Shown one piece after another: positions 41,389 through 51,699 of a stretch of 64,000 nt of DNA. Position 1 is the stretch's first letter. Every line of letters begins with the position of its first letter. The stretch lies in the NCBI GenBank assembly GCA_963823035.1, contig CAWGKG010000018.1:1-64000 (forward strand), read 5' to 3'. Position numbers and translations under genes: made by a program. Under the pieces are notes generated by a model that saw only the letters and a program-made list of their open reading frames with translations, did no database searches and was not told the DNA's origin. The stretch is from an uncultured Gemmatimonadales bacterium (GTDB taxonomy: Bacteria; Gemmatimonadota; Gemmatimonadetes; Longimicrobiales; Gaopeijiaceae).

Positions 41389-41557
41389 CAAGCGGTGTAA
41401 TCTGTATGGAATCGCGCACTTGTCAAGCGTGGGAGCGCGCGCCGACGGGGGGCGCGAGCGTATGTGGGGGGCGGATTTCCCCGGTGAAGGGGGGTGGACT
41501 CCCCCCGTCGGAGCCGGGGATTCGACCGGAGGGCGTGCGCGTTTCCGCGCACCCCCA

Positions 41558-42634
41558 TCAGTCGGCGGAGGTCAACGCCTCCATGCGCGCCACCCCGTCG
41601 AGCCCCACGATCGCGTGCACGACCTGGTCGGCCAGCTCCGCGTCGAACCAGTGGCCCAGCTCCGCCAGGGCGCGGAAGGACGCCCGGCCCTCTTCGTAGG
41701 CGCGCTCGAGCACGGCGCGGGCCGAGTCCCGGAAGAAGCGCTCGACCACGCCCTCCTCGATGGGCGCATCACCCCGCAGGCGTTGCAGGGCCGCCTTCTC
41801 TGCCTCGGTACCGTGGTGGTGGATCTGGGAAGTCAGCAGGTTGTGGCTGCGCCGCCCGAGATCGAACTCGAAGTCGGTCAGGTCGTCGACGATCTGGAAC
41901 GCCGTGCCCAGACGGGCCACGGCGGGCTCGGCCGCCCTGACCCGCTCCGCCGCATCCCCGGACTCCACCACCATCGGCGCCGCGAAGGCGAGCGCGAAGA
42001 GCGCCCCGCCACGGACGCGGTGTACCGCCTCGACCATCTCGTCGGGGGTGGGGATCTCCTCCACCCCGCCCTCCTCCGACCCTTCGAGCGTGCCGATCTC
42101 CGCCATCCGGTCCAGGAGCGCCCGCAGGATCGCGTCACGCTGCGCGCCGTCCAGGACGCCCCCGTGCTGCCCACGGTCCAGCGTGCGGCGCAGGAGCCGC
42201 TCGAACGACATGAGCTGGAGGATGGAGCGGAAGCGGGCACCGGCCACCGGCGCCAGCGGGAGGAGGCTCTTGTCCTGGTCGTCGAAGATGTTGTCCGCCG
42301 CGGTGATGGTGCCCTTGATGCAGAAGTTCAGCTCGGCATAGAGCCGGAGCCGCTCCGCCGGTACGCCCAGGGACGCGAAGATCGAGCGGAAGAGGATGAG
42401 GAAGAAGTACTCCTGCACGAAATGCAGGCCCTCGGGGCGGAGCGCCTCCTCTGCCGTGGGGACGTGCGGCTCCTCCCCGCGGAAGCGGGCGCCGAGGACC
42501 TCGCGCAGGTCGGCGTACAGCACACGCACCGCTTCCGCCTGCGCCTCGATATCGGGTGCCAGGCGGCGCCACACGCCGTTCCGCTCCAGCAGCCGCACGG
42601 CCGTGGGAGAGCGAAACACGGGGGAAAGCGTCAT
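41558..42634 (-). CDS. Class I isoprenoid-synthase-fold protein of unknown specificity
   Basis: Two Asp-rich motifs (ADNIFDDQD and FQIVDDLTDFEFD) in an apparently all-helical protein. Confidence 0.65.
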   Translation of the reverse strand: MTLSPVFRSPTAVRLLERNGVWRRLAPDIEAQAEAVRVLYADLREVLGARFRGEEPHVPTAEEALRPEGLHFVQEYFFLILFRSIFASLGVPAERLRLYAELNFCIKGTITAADNIFDDQDKSLLPLAPVAGARFRSILQLMSFERLLRRTLDRGQHGGVLDGAQRDAILRALLDRMAEIGTLEGSEEGGVEEIPTPDEMVEAVHRVRGGALFALAFAAPMVVESGDAAERVRAAEPAVARLGTAFQIVDDLTDFEFDLGRRSHNLLTSQIHHHGTEAEKAALQRLRGDAPIEEGVVERFFRDSARAVLERAYEEGRASFRALAELGHWFDAELADQVVHAIVGLDGVARMEALTSAD

Positions 42635-42701
42635 GGGCGTGACCTGCGTCGGATCGCGTGGACTCGGCGAAACAGCAATCTAATCGGACGGGATGCGGAG
42701 A

Positions 42702-43481
42702 CTAGGGTCGCGCCGCGATGTGCCTTCCCGCCATCGCGAGCCCGTAGAGCGTGAGGAAGGGCTCGAGGCGGTCCAGCGTGCTCAGGTGCCGGCCCAGGAG
42801 CTTCACGAACCCGCCCGTGCCCACCACGAGCACGTCGGGACGGCCCCACTCCTCCTTGATGCGCCGGACCGTTCCGTCGATCGCGTCCACGGCGGAGTAG
42901 AAGACGCCGCTCTGGATGCACGTCTCGGTCCGCCGGCCGATGACCGACTGCGGCGGCTGCAGCTCGACGCGTGGCAGCTTGGCCGTGCGCCGGTCGAGCC
43001 AATCCAGCCCGGCGGAGAGCCCCGGCGCGATCACGCCGCCCATGAAGACCCCGTCGGCCGTGATGCAGTCGAAGGTGGTGGCCGTCCCGAGGTCGACCGC
43101 GATGGTGTCCCTCCCGTACAGCTCCCGCGCGGCCAGCGTGTTCACGATGCGGTCCGCGCCGACGGACTTGGGCTCCTCCACGTCCAGCGTGATCGGAAGG
43201 GAGGAATCCGGGCCGATCGTGACCGCCGGGCCGCCGGTGATCTCCTCGAGGCTCCGCTTCCATACGAACGTGCTGGACGGGACCACCGAGCCCACCACCG
43301 CCTGATCGATGGCGCCCGGGTCCGCACCGACGCCCGCGAGGAGGGCGCGCAGCAGCGCCGTGAGCTCGTCCGAGGTACGCGGCACCACCGAGCTGATCCG
43401 CCAGTGCGACGTCACCTCCGTCGCCGAGGCCGCGAGCCCCACCACGGTCTCCGTGTTCCCGACATCCACCACGAGCTGCAT
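42702..43481 (-). CDS. coaX: Type III pantothenate kinase
   Basis: VDVGNT, VGADR, DLGTATT, GGVIAPG and TGG motifs. Confidence 0.95.
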   Translation of the reverse strand: MQLVVDVGNTETVVGLAASATEVTSHWRISSVVPRTSDELTALLRALLAGVGADPGAIDQAVVGSVVPSSTFVWKRSLEEITGGPAVTIGPDSSLPITLDVEEPKSVGADRIVNTLAARELYGRDTIAVDLGTATTFDCITADGVFMGGVIAPGLSAGLDWLDRRTAKLPRVELQPPQSVIGRRTETCIQSGVFYSAVDAIDGTVRRIKEEWGRPDVLVVGTGGFVKLLGRHLSTLDRLEPFLTLYGLAMAGRHIAARP

Positions 43482-43501
43482 GCGACCTCCAGGCTTCGTG
43501 C

Positions 43502-44269
43502 CTACGTGATCCTCACGCTCCCCGCCACCACCCGCACCCTCGCTCCATCGGGCCGCTCGAGCAGCAGCGCCCCGTCCACGTCGATCCCACGTGCCACCCC
43601 CTCCCCCGCCTGCTGCGTCGTCACCTTTCGGTCGCGCAGCACGTCCCTGCGGGCGAGCTCGGAGAGCCCGCCGTCGCTCAGGCACGGCCTCGGGGCGGCA
43701 CACGCTTCGACCAGCTCGGCGAGCAAAGCGCCCGCGAGCCTGCCGCGCGATACGACCCCGCCGCTGGCCGTCTCGAGGGAGATCGCCCGCCCGGCCAGCT
43801 CCTCCGGGAACTCGCCCGGCCGTTGACGTACGTTCAACCCGATCCCCACGACCACGGCGCCGTCGGCGCGCTCACAAAGCACGCCCCCGGCCTTCCGCCC
43901 TCCCACCTCCACGTCGTTCGGCCACTTCAGGCCGACCGCCAGTCCCGGACAGAGGGCCTCGACAGCACGCGCCGCCGCCAGTCCCACCAGGAGAGGAAGG
44001 TACGGCGGCACGCCCTCGCCGAGGGGGAGGAGCGTCGACATCCACAGCCCGCGTCCCGCCGGCGAGTGCCAACCCGCGCCGGAACGGCCACGCCCCGCGC
44101 TCTGCTTCTCGGCGAGCACGACCGTGAGGGGCGGCGCTCCCGCGCCGGCCAGCTCACGCGCCCGGTCGTTCGTCGAGCCCAACTCGTCGTGGACCTCGAG
44201 GACCGGCACCCGCCAGAGCTTCGTCCACACGTGGACGGGCTCGCCCTCCCAGTGCGTCAGGAGCCCCAC
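43502..44269 (-). CDS. birA: Biotin--[acetyl-CoA carboxylase] ligase (no HTH domain)
   Basis: STND, QSAGRGR, KWPND and GIGLNV motifs. Confidence 0.92.
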   Translation of the reverse strand: MGLLTHWEGEPVHVWTKLWRVPVLEVHDELGSTNDRARELAGAGAPPLTVVLAEKQSAGRGRSGAGWHSPAGRGLWMSTLLPLGEGVPPYLPLLVGLAAARAVEALCPGLAVGLKWPNDVEVGGRKAGGVLCERADGAVVVGIGLNVRQRPGEFPEELAGRAISLETASGGVVSRGRLAGALLAELVEACAAPRPCLSDGGLSELARRDVLRDRKVTTQQAGEGVARGIDVDGALLLERPDGARVRVVAGSVRIT

Positions 44270-44271
44270 GC

Positions 44272-45135
44272 TCAGCCCACCACGCGCATGGACACGTCGG
44301 CGGACGGCGCCGAGTGCGTGACGGCACCCACGCTCACGAAGTCCACTCCCGTCTCCGCCACGGCGCGTACCGTATCGAGCGTGACGTTGCCGGAGGCCTC
44401 CAGCAGGGGACGGCCATGACCGAGGGCGTGCACGCGCGTGACGGCCCGTCGCAGCAGGGCCGGCGTCATGTTGTCGAGGAGGATCCGGTCCACACCGAGC
44501 GGGAGGACCGCCTCGAGCTCCTCGAGGCTCCGTACCTCCACTTCGATCTCGAGTCCGCGGTCGTTGCCGTCGAGCGCGGCCTTCGCGGCCTCGGCCACCC
44601 CGCCGCAGGCGTCGATGTGGTTGTCCTTGACGAGCACCATGTCCCAGAGGCCGATCCTGTGGTTGGCTCCGCCGCCTGCCCTCACGGCGGCCTTCTCCAG
44701 GAGGCGCCACCCCGGCGTCGTCTTGCGCGTGTCGATGACCCGCGCGCCCGTGCCGGACACCGCGTCCACGAAGCGGCGCGTGAGCGTCGCCACGCCCGAG
44801 AGCCGTCCCAGGAAGTTGAGGGCGGCCCGTTCCCCGACGAGGAGGGAGCGCGTCGAGCCGCGCAGGCGCACGAGCACGTGGCCGTCCTCGACGCGGACGC
44901 CGTCGCCCGCGGCGACCTCGACGGACAGGGCGGGATCCACCGCCCGGTAGACCTCCCGTACGCAGTCGACGCCCGCGACGACCATGTCCTGCTTGGCCAC
45001 GATCACCGCTTCCGAGCGCCGGCTGGCCGGCACCGTCCACAGGGTCGTGAAGTCGCCGTCGCCGACGTCCTCGTCCAGGGCGAGGCGGACGAGGGTCGCG
45101 CGGGCGCGATCGAGGTCGAGGTGTCCTTCCGTCAT
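44272..45135 (-). CDS. nadC: Nicotinate-nucleotide diphosphorylase (carboxylating)
   Basis: ERAALNF, DTRKTTPG, HRIGL...KDNH, ILLDNM and EASG motifs. Confidence 0.95.
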   Translation of the reverse strand: MTEGHLDLDRARATLVRLALDEDVGDGDFTTLWTVPASRRSEAVIVAKQDMVVAGVDCVREVYRAVDPALSVEVAAGDGVRVEDGHVLVRLRGSTRSLLVGERAALNFLGRLSGVATLTRRFVDAVSGTGARVIDTRKTTPGWRLLEKAAVRAGGGANHRIGLWDMVLVKDNHIDACGGVAEAAKAALDGNDRGLEIEVEVRSLEELEAVLPLGVDRILLDNMTPALLRRAVTRVHALGHGRPLLEASGNVTLDTVRAVAETGVDFVSVGAVTHSAPSADVSMRVVG

Positions 45136-45146
45136 GGCATCCGGGG

Positions 45147-46022
45147 TCAGGTCCCGATGGAGAGCCATCCGCCGGCGACCAGGACCACGAAGGCGGCGCC
45201 GAGCACGAGGCGATACCAGCCGAAAACGGCCAACCCGTGGCGGTTGAGATAGTGCACGAGCCATTTCACGGCCAGCGCCGCCGACACGGTGGCGACGAGG
45301 ATGCCCACGGCCATCGGCGCGAGTCCCAGGGCGGCCAGCGCGGAGGGACCCTCGCCGAGCACGTCCTTCGCGACCTTGAAGGCACAGGCGCCTCCGAGGG
45401 TGGGGAGCGCGAGCAGGAAGCTGAACTCCGCCGCACGGCGGGGTGGGAGCCCGACGAGCATCCCCGCCACGATCGTGATCATCGAGCGGCTGGTGCCCGG
45501 CCACATGGCCAGGCACTGCATCAGTCCGATGAAGAGCGCGGCCCGCCACGTCAGCTCCTCGAGCGCGCGGACCGGCCCGACTCCTCCCTCCGAGAAGCGA
45601 CGCTTCTGCCAACGGTCGATGAGGATCATCACCACCCCCCAGACCACGAGCGCGGCGACGACGGCCGGGGGGTTGAAGAGGCGGGCGTCGATCGCGTCGT
45701 CCAGGAAGGGGCCCGCGACGGCCGCCGGAAGGAACGCGAGCAGGACGAGCCCGAGGAGCCGGCGACCCTCGGGATCGTGCCCCGCGAGGCCCCGCAGCAT
45801 CTGCGTCACGCGCGGCCAGTAGAGGCCGAGCACAGCGAGGATGGCGCCGCCCTGGATGACGATGTTGAAGGCGTCGACGGCCGCCTTGCGCTCCGGAGGC
45901 GCGTCGAGCCCAAGGAGGGCGCTCGCCAGGATCAGGTGTCCGGTGGAGCTGATCGGAAGGTACTCGGTGATCCCCTCGACCACGCCGAGCACGGCCGCCT
46001 GCAGGTACGTCAACTCCACCAC
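45147..46022 (-). CDS. uppP: Undecaprenyl-diphosphatase
   Basis: EGITEYLPISSTGH, PGTSRS and AEFSF motifs. Confidence 0.94.
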   Translation of the reverse strand: MVELTYLQAAVLGVVEGITEYLPISSTGHLILASALLGLDAPPERKAAVDAFNIVIQGGAILAVLGLYWPRVTQMLRGLAGHDPEGRRLLGLVLLAFLPAAVAGPFLDDAIDARLFNPPAVVAALVVWGVVMILIDRWQKRRFSEGGVGPVRALEELTWRAALFIGLMQCLAMWPGTSRSMITIVAGMLVGLPPRRAAEFSFLLALPTLGGACAFKVAKDVLGEGPSALAALGLAPMAVGILVATVSAALAVKWLVHYLNRHGLAVFGWYRLVLGAAFVVLVAGGWLSIGT

Positions 46023-46038
46023 GAGCCGTCCTCCGTCC

Positions 46039-47175
46039 TCAACGCCCGCTGCCGGAGAGCACGCGGTCGTAGATCGCCTCGTATCGCGGCACGACCGACG
46101 CGGCACTGAAGCACTCCTCCGCGCGCCGACGCCCCGCTTCCGCCATGCGCGTGTGCATGCGCGGGTCGCTCAGGATCTCCACGGCCGCCTCCGCCATCGC
46201 GTCCACGTCGCCGACCGGGAGGAGGAAGCCGGACACGCCGTGCTCGACCACTTCGGGGAGGCCGCCGACCCGCGACGCCACCACCGGCGCTCCGCTCGCC
46301 ATCCCCTCCAGGGCGGCGAGGCCGAAGCTCTCGTTCTCCGAGGGGAGAAGCAGGACGTCCGCGCACGCGATCAACTCGTCCACGGAGGCGTGCTTGCCGA
46401 GAAAGACCACCTGCGAGCGCAGCCCGAGCTCCTCGGCGCGGTGGACGGCGCGCGGCCGCTCCGGCCCGTCGCCGACGAAGACGAGCCGCGCCGGCACCTT
46501 CTTCAGGATGCGCGCGAACACCTCCACCACGTCCTCCACGCGCTTCACCGGGCGGAAGTTCGAGATGTGCATGACGATCTTCTCGCCGCCCGGCGCCAGC
46601 GTGCTGCGGTGGCAGGGCTCCTTGCCGGGGCGCCACACCTCCGTGTCGATGAAGTTGGGCACCACGTCGATGCGCTCGCTGTCCACCTGGAAATCCCGCA
46701 CCGTCTCCGCCTTGAGGTACTCGGACACCGCGGTCAGGCCCTGCGAGCGCAGGATCGAGAAGCGCGTGATCGAGCGGAACGACGGGTGCAGCCCCACGAG
46801 CGTGATGTCCGTTCCGTGGAGCGTGGTCACGATCGGGAGGTCCCGCTCCGAGGCGATCATCTCCCTCGCCACCCATGCCGACGTGGCGTGCGGGATCGCG
46901 TAGTGCACGTGGATGAGGTCGAGCGACTCCTTGCGCGCCGTGTCGTCGATGGCCACGGCCAGCGCCAGCGAGTACGGCGGGTGCTCGAAGAGGGGGTAGT
47001 CCTCCATCTCCACTTCGTGGAAGAAGAGGCGCTCCCGGAAGTGGCCCAGCCGGAAGGGCTGCGCGTAGGAGATGAAATGGACCTCGTGGCCCCGGTCGGC
47101 GAGCTGGATGCCCAACTCGGTCGCGACCGCTCCCGATCCCCCGTAGGTGGGATAGCACGTGATGCCGATCTTCAC
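46039..47175 (-). CDS. bshA: N-acetyl-alpha-D-glucosaminyl L-malate synthase
   Basis: KIGITCYPTYGGSG, HVHYAIPHA, TTLHGTDIT, HISNFRPVKR and ESFGLAALE motifs. Confidence 0.9.
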   Translation of the reverse strand: MKIGITCYPTYGGSGAVATELGIQLADRGHEVHFISYAQPFRLGHFRERLFFHEVEMEDYPLFEHPPYSLALAVAIDDTARKESLDLIHVHYAIPHATSAWVAREMIASERDLPIVTTLHGTDITLVGLHPSFRSITRFSILRSQGLTAVSEYLKAETVRDFQVDSERIDVVPNFIDTEVWRPGKEPCHRSTLAPGGEKIVMHISNFRPVKRVEDVVEVFARILKKVPARLVFVGDGPERPRAVHRAEELGLRSQVVFLGKHASVDELIACADVLLLPSENESFGLAALEGMASGAPVVASRVGGLPEVVEHGVSGFLLPVGDVDAMAEAAVEILSDPRMHTRMAEAGRRRAEECFSAASVVPRYEAIYDRVLSGSGR

Positions 47176-48200
47176 CGCCGCTCCTCCGTCGTCGTCGTCT
47201 TCGTCCCTGTCCCGAGCTCCCCCGCGGACCGCGCACGACCGGGCGACCACCCGCCCGCGCGCCTCCACGCGTCGAGCACCTCTTCGACCTGCGTCTCCAT
47301 CGGCTCGGTCGCGTCCACCGATCGCGCATCCGACGGAAGCTGGTTCCTGAACCACGTGAGCTGGCGACGGGCGTAGCGCCGCGTGTTGCGGGCGATCTCC
47401 CGCACCGTCTCCTCGGGCGTCGCACGCCCCTCGAAGCATGCGGCGGCCTCCCTGTACCCCGTACCGGTCATTCCGGGTGCGTCGTCCCCGAAGCCGCGAT
47501 CCCGCAGCCTGCGCACCTCTTCGAGCAGCCCGTCGCGCATCATGCGCGCGGCCCGCTCCTCGATGCGTCGATCGAGCTCGTCCCGCGGAACCATGAGGAG
47601 CACGACCACCCCCGACAGAGGCTCCCCGTCCGCCGGCGCGTCGCGGTGCCATGCCGTGAGCGGACGCCCCGACAGCAGCGCCACCTCGAGCGTGCGGCAT
47701 ACCCGCTGCCGCCCTCCCTGCACTGCCAGCCCGGCGCGCTCCGGGTCGAGGCGGCGCACCCAGGCGGCCAGCCGGTCCAACGGCATCCCGCGCAGGTAGC
47801 GTCGCAGCGCCGCGCGCCGTCCGTCGTCCAGGGGCGGCTCGGCGAAGATCGGCTCCAGGAGGGCTCTCAGGAAGAAGCCGGTGCCGCCCACGAGGATCGG
47901 CACCCGCCCCCGGGCGCGGATCTCCTCGATCCATCGCCGCGCATCGCGCGCGAAGCGCCCGGCCGAATAGCGCTCGTCGGGCTCCACGAGGTCGAGGCCG
48001 TGGTGTGGAACGGCGCGCCGCTCCTCGGGCGTCGCCTTGGCGGTGCCGACGTCCATCCCTCGGTAGACCTGTCGGGAGTCCATCGACACGACCTCCCCGT
48101 CGAGGCGTCGGGCCACCTCGATGGACAGCGCGGTCTTCCCCGATGTGGTGGGGCCGGTCAGGGCGAGGAAGGCCGGATCCGGCCGCACGACGTCGATCAT
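47172..48200 (-). CDS. miaA: tRNA dimethylallyltransferase
   Basis: GPTTSGKT, DSRQVYRGMDVGTAK, VGGTGFF and YARRQLTWF motifs. Confidence 0.96.
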   Translation of the reverse strand: MIDVVRPDPAFLALTGPTTSGKTALSIEVARRLDGEVVSMDSRQVYRGMDVGTAKATPEERRAVPHHGLDLVEPDERYSAGRFARDARRWIEEIRARGRVPILVGGTGFFLRALLEPIFAEPPLDDGRRAALRRYLRGMPLDRLAAWVRRLDPERAGLAVQGGRQRVCRTLEVALLSGRPLTAWHRDAPADGEPLSGVVVLLMVPRDELDRRIEERAARMMRDGLLEEVRRLRDRGFGDDAPGMTGTGYREAAACFEGRATPEETVREIARNTRRYARRQLTWFRNQLPSDARSVDATEPMETQVEEVLDAWRRAGGWSPGRARSAGELGTGTKTTTTEERR

Positions 48201-49948
48201 CCCGTGCGGCCGAACCTCCGCTCGAGCTCTCCCCGCGACAGCCGGACGATGGTCGGCCGGCCGTGCACGTCGTGGTGGGGGAGCTCGGTGGCGAAGAGCT
48301 GGTCGAAGAGGTCCTCCATCTCGGCTTCGGAGAGCCGCTGTCCGGCCTTGATCGCGCCCTTGCAGGCGAACGTCTTTGCGATGCGCTCGTGCTGGTTGCG
48401 GGCGGAGCGCACCAGCTCGGAGCCCTCCGTCAGCTCGCGGATCATCTCCCGGAAGGCACGCTCGGCGTCGAACCAGGGATGGGGATTCGGCACGGCGTGC
48501 ACGATCACGGCGTCCCCGCCGAAGCCCTCCACCTCGAAGCCCGTGCGTGCGAGCAGACCGCCCAGCTCCTCCACCTGCGCGCACTCGGCCGCCGTGAGCC
48601 GGAGTGTGAGCGGAAAGAGCAGGCGCTGGCTCTCCTGCCCCCCGGCCCCGAACGCGCGCATGAGGCGCTCGAACAGCACGCGCTCGTGCGCGGAGTGCTG
48701 GTCGACGATGATGAGCCCGTCGCGCGTCTCCGCGAAGATGTAGGTGCGCAGGACCTGCCACAGGCGCGTGCGTGCCAGCGGTGGCTCCGGAGGGATGGCT
48801 TCCGCGGTGGCGGAGCCCCCGTCGGTCGGCGTGTCCGCGCGACCGGTGGCGAAGAGCACCATCTGCGACGCGTGCGCCGCCTCTCCGGGCGGCTCGGGCG
48901 TCTCACGGACCGCCAGGGTCGGCGGCACCTGGGAGACCTCGAACGTCGCGGCGCTGTCCTCGCCCTCGAGTGCGCGGCGCACGGCTGCCTCCACGGCCTC
49001 CTCGACGGCGGCCTGACGACGGAAGCGCACCTCGGCTTTGGCCGGGTGGACGTTCACGTCCACGGCGCCCGGCCCGACCTGCAGGTACAGGAAGATCCAC
49101 GGTCGCGCCCCGTGCGGGATCGTCGTGCGATAGCCCCGCTCGGCCGCGCGGACGATCTCCGGGGCCCTGAAGGGCCGGCCGTTCACGAAGAGGTGCGCGC
49201 GACGTACCCCCGGGCGGGCCGCGTCGGGGCGCTGGATCAGGCCGCGCACCTCGACGTCCCCCTCCTCGGTGGCGACGGGCAGCAGCGTACCGGCCTCGTC
49301 GCCGGGCCATAGCTGCCCGATGCGTGCCCCCGGCTCGCTCACGGCGGGCGCGTCGAGGAGGGTGCGGTCGTCCGAGGTCAGCGTGAAGCCGACGGCCGGA
49401 TTGGCCAGGGCCAGCGTCGCCACCGCCTCGCTCACGGCGCGTGTCTCGGCCGCGACCGACTTCAGGAACTTCGCGCGTGCCGGCGCGTTGCGGAACAAGC
49501 CGCGCACGTCGATGGTGGTGCCCGGGCGGCGGGCGAAGTCGTCCACCGAGCCGATCGCCCCGCCCCGGACGGTGATGCGCGTGCCGACCTCGTCCCCCGC
49601 CTCGCACGTCTCCACGGTGAGCTGGCTCACCGCGGCGATCGAGGGAAGGGCCTCTCCACGGAACCCGAAGGTACGCACCGACTCCAGGTCGACCGCGGTC
49701 ACGATCTTGCTGGTGGCGTGGCGGTCCAGGCTGAGCAGGGCGTCCTCCCGGCTCATCCCCACGCCGTCGTCGGTGACGCGGATGCGCCGCTTCCCTCCCC
49801 GCTCGACGGCCACCTCCACGCGGCGCGCGTGCGCGTCCACCGCGTTCTCGACGAGCTCCTTCACCACCGACGCAGGCCGCTCCACCACTTCGCCCGCGGC
49901 GATCTGGTTGGCGACCGCGTCCGGCAGGACCTGGATGCGTCGGGTCAC
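48197..49948 (-). CDS. mutL: DNA mismatch repair endonuclease MutL
   Basis: IAAGEVVERP, GFRGEAL, DVNVHPAK, DQHSAHER, ACKGA and HGRP motifs. Confidence 0.96.
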   Translation of the reverse strand: MTRRIQVLPDAVANQIAAGEVVERPASVVKELVENAVDAHARRVEVAVERGGKRRIRVTDDGVGMSREDALLSLDRHATSKIVTAVDLESVRTFGFRGEALPSIAAVSQLTVETCEAGDEVGTRITVRGGAIGSVDDFARRPGTTIDVRGLFRNAPARAKFLKSVAAETRAVSEAVATLALANPAVGFTLTSDDRTLLDAPAVSEPGARIGQLWPGDEAGTLLPVATEEGDVEVRGLIQRPDAARPGVRRAHLFVNGRPFRAPEIVRAAERGYRTTIPHGARPWIFLYLQVGPGAVDVNVHPAKAEVRFRRQAAVEEAVEAAVRRALEGEDSAATFEVSQVPPTLAVRETPEPPGEAAHASQMVLFATGRADTPTDGGSATAEAIPPEPPLARTRLWQVLRTYIFAETRDGLIIVDQHSAHERVLFERLMRAFGAGGQESQRLLFPLTLRLTAAECAQVEELGGLLARTGFEVEGFGGDAVIVHAVPNPHPWFDAERAFREMIRELTEGSELVRSARNQHERIAKTFACKGAIKAGQRLSEAEMEDLFDQLFATELPHHDVHGRPTIVRLSRGELERRFGRTG

Positions 49949-49953
49949 CGATG

Positions 49954-50732
49954 TCAGTCGTGGAGGTTGTAGAAGCGCAGCGCGTTGGCGGTCGTGCGCG
50001 CGGCCAACGTGCCGAAGTCCACGGCGAGGTGCGCCGCCACCGCCTCCGCGACGTGACGTACGAAGGCGGGCTCGTTGCGCTTGCCGCGCATGGGTACCGG
50101 CGCGAGGTACGGCGCGTCGGTCTCGATCATGAGCCGATCCGGCGGCACCTCCCGCATCAGGTCCGCCACGCCGAAGCTCTTGAACGACGCGATCCCGGAG
50201 AACGACACGTACCACCCCCGCTCCATGGCCACCTCGAACGCCTCCTCCCCCCCGTGAAGCAGTGGAGCACGCCCAGGGTTCCCGCGGGTGCACCGAGCAG
50301 GGCGGCCGCGACGTCGCCGTCGGCCTCTCGGGCGTGCACCACCACCGGCATCCCGAGCTCACCTGCGAGCTCGAGGTGGGCGTCGAAGAGGCGGCGCTGC
50401 ACGTCGCGGGGGGAGTGGTCGTAGTGGTAGTCCAGGCCGGTCTCGCCGAGGGCGACCACCTCGGGCTCGGCGGCCAGGCGGCGCACGTCCTCCATCGCGG
50501 ACCAGGGGGCCGCACCGGCCTCGTGGGGGTGCACACCGGCCGTGCACCAGACGCCGGGGTGGGCGCGCGCCAACGCGAGCGCCTCGGCCGCGTCCACGAC
50601 GTCGGACGCGATCGACACCATCCGCGTCACGCCGGCCTCGCGGGCCCGAACGAACACCGCCTCCCGGTCCTCCCGGAAGGCGGCGTCCGTCAGGTGGCAG
50701 TGGCTGTCGAAGAGCGCCGCTTCGTCCGTCAC
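49954..50732 (-). CDS. tatD: TatD-family hydrolase; frameshift in a G homopolymer near 50250
   Basis: DSHCHL, GVHPH, GETGLDY and HCF in one frame, then ETDAPYLAP...NEP in the next. Confidence 0.88.
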
Positions 50733-51689
50733 ACCGTCGCGGGCTCGGGCTTCGGCTTCTTCTCGCGGATCTTGCCTTCGCCCCACTTCTTCTGGATCTC
50801 GAGCAGCGCCGGCGACGCCACGAAGATCGACGAGTACGTCCCGATCGCGATGCCGAGGATCAGCACGACCGTGAAGTCCTCGATGACGGGGCCGCCCAGG
50901 AGGAGCAGGGCGAGCAGCACGGCCAGCGTGGTGCCGGACGTGAGCACCGTGCGGGGCAGCGTTTCGTTGATGGACTCGTTGAGCAGATCCATCGTGTCGC
51001 GCTTGCGCGCGCCCTTCTTGTGCAGGTTCTCGCGGATGCGGTCGAACACGATGATCGTGTCGTTCAGCGAGTACCCGACGATGGTGAGGATCGCCGCCAC
51101 GGTGGGTAGCGCGATCTCGACCCTGAAGAGGGCGAGGAAGCCCAGCGTGATCAGGATGTCGTGGGCCGTGGCGATCACGGCCGCCAGCCCGAAGCGCAAG
51201 CTCGAAACGGATCGCCAGGTAGACGAGCGTGAGCAGGAACGAGAAGACGATGGCCAACGCCGCCTTCTGCTCCAGCTCGTTCCCCACCTTCGCGCCCACG
51301 AGCTCCGTGCGCACCACGCTGAACGCGTCGTCGCCGAACGTGCCCGACAGCTGCCGCTCCAGACCGGCGGCCACGGAGTCGATCGACATCCCCTCCAGGA
51401 GGGAGGCGCGGATCACGAACTCCGCGTTCTCGCCGAACTTCGTGATCGGCGGCGCCTGAGAGCCGCCCAGGGCGTCGCGCACCTGTCCGGCGGTCACGTC
51501 GTTCGAGTTGAAGCGGACCTGCACCAGCGAGCCGCCCGTGAAGTCCACGCCGTAGGACTGCCAGGAGCCGATGGTGACGATGTTGAACACCATCGCAGCG
51601 ATGCCGATGAGGATGGCGGTTCCCGAAAACACGTAGGCGGTCTTCCGACGTTCGATGAAGTGGTAGTCCGCCCCTTGGAAGAATCTCAT
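50729..51689 (-). CDS. secF: Protein translocase subunit SecF; frameshift near 51200
   Basis: GVDFTGG, then HDILI, GYSLNDTIIVFDRIRE and GTYSSIFVA in the second frame. Confidence 0.9.
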
Positions 51690-51699
51690 GGCTGTCGCG

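Noticed and set aside
50157..51689. Apparent SecF-TatD fusion, and similar TatD-MutL, HEAT-HEAT and PheT read-through ORFs
   Set aside because: Artefacts of single-base frame breaks joining adjacent genes.
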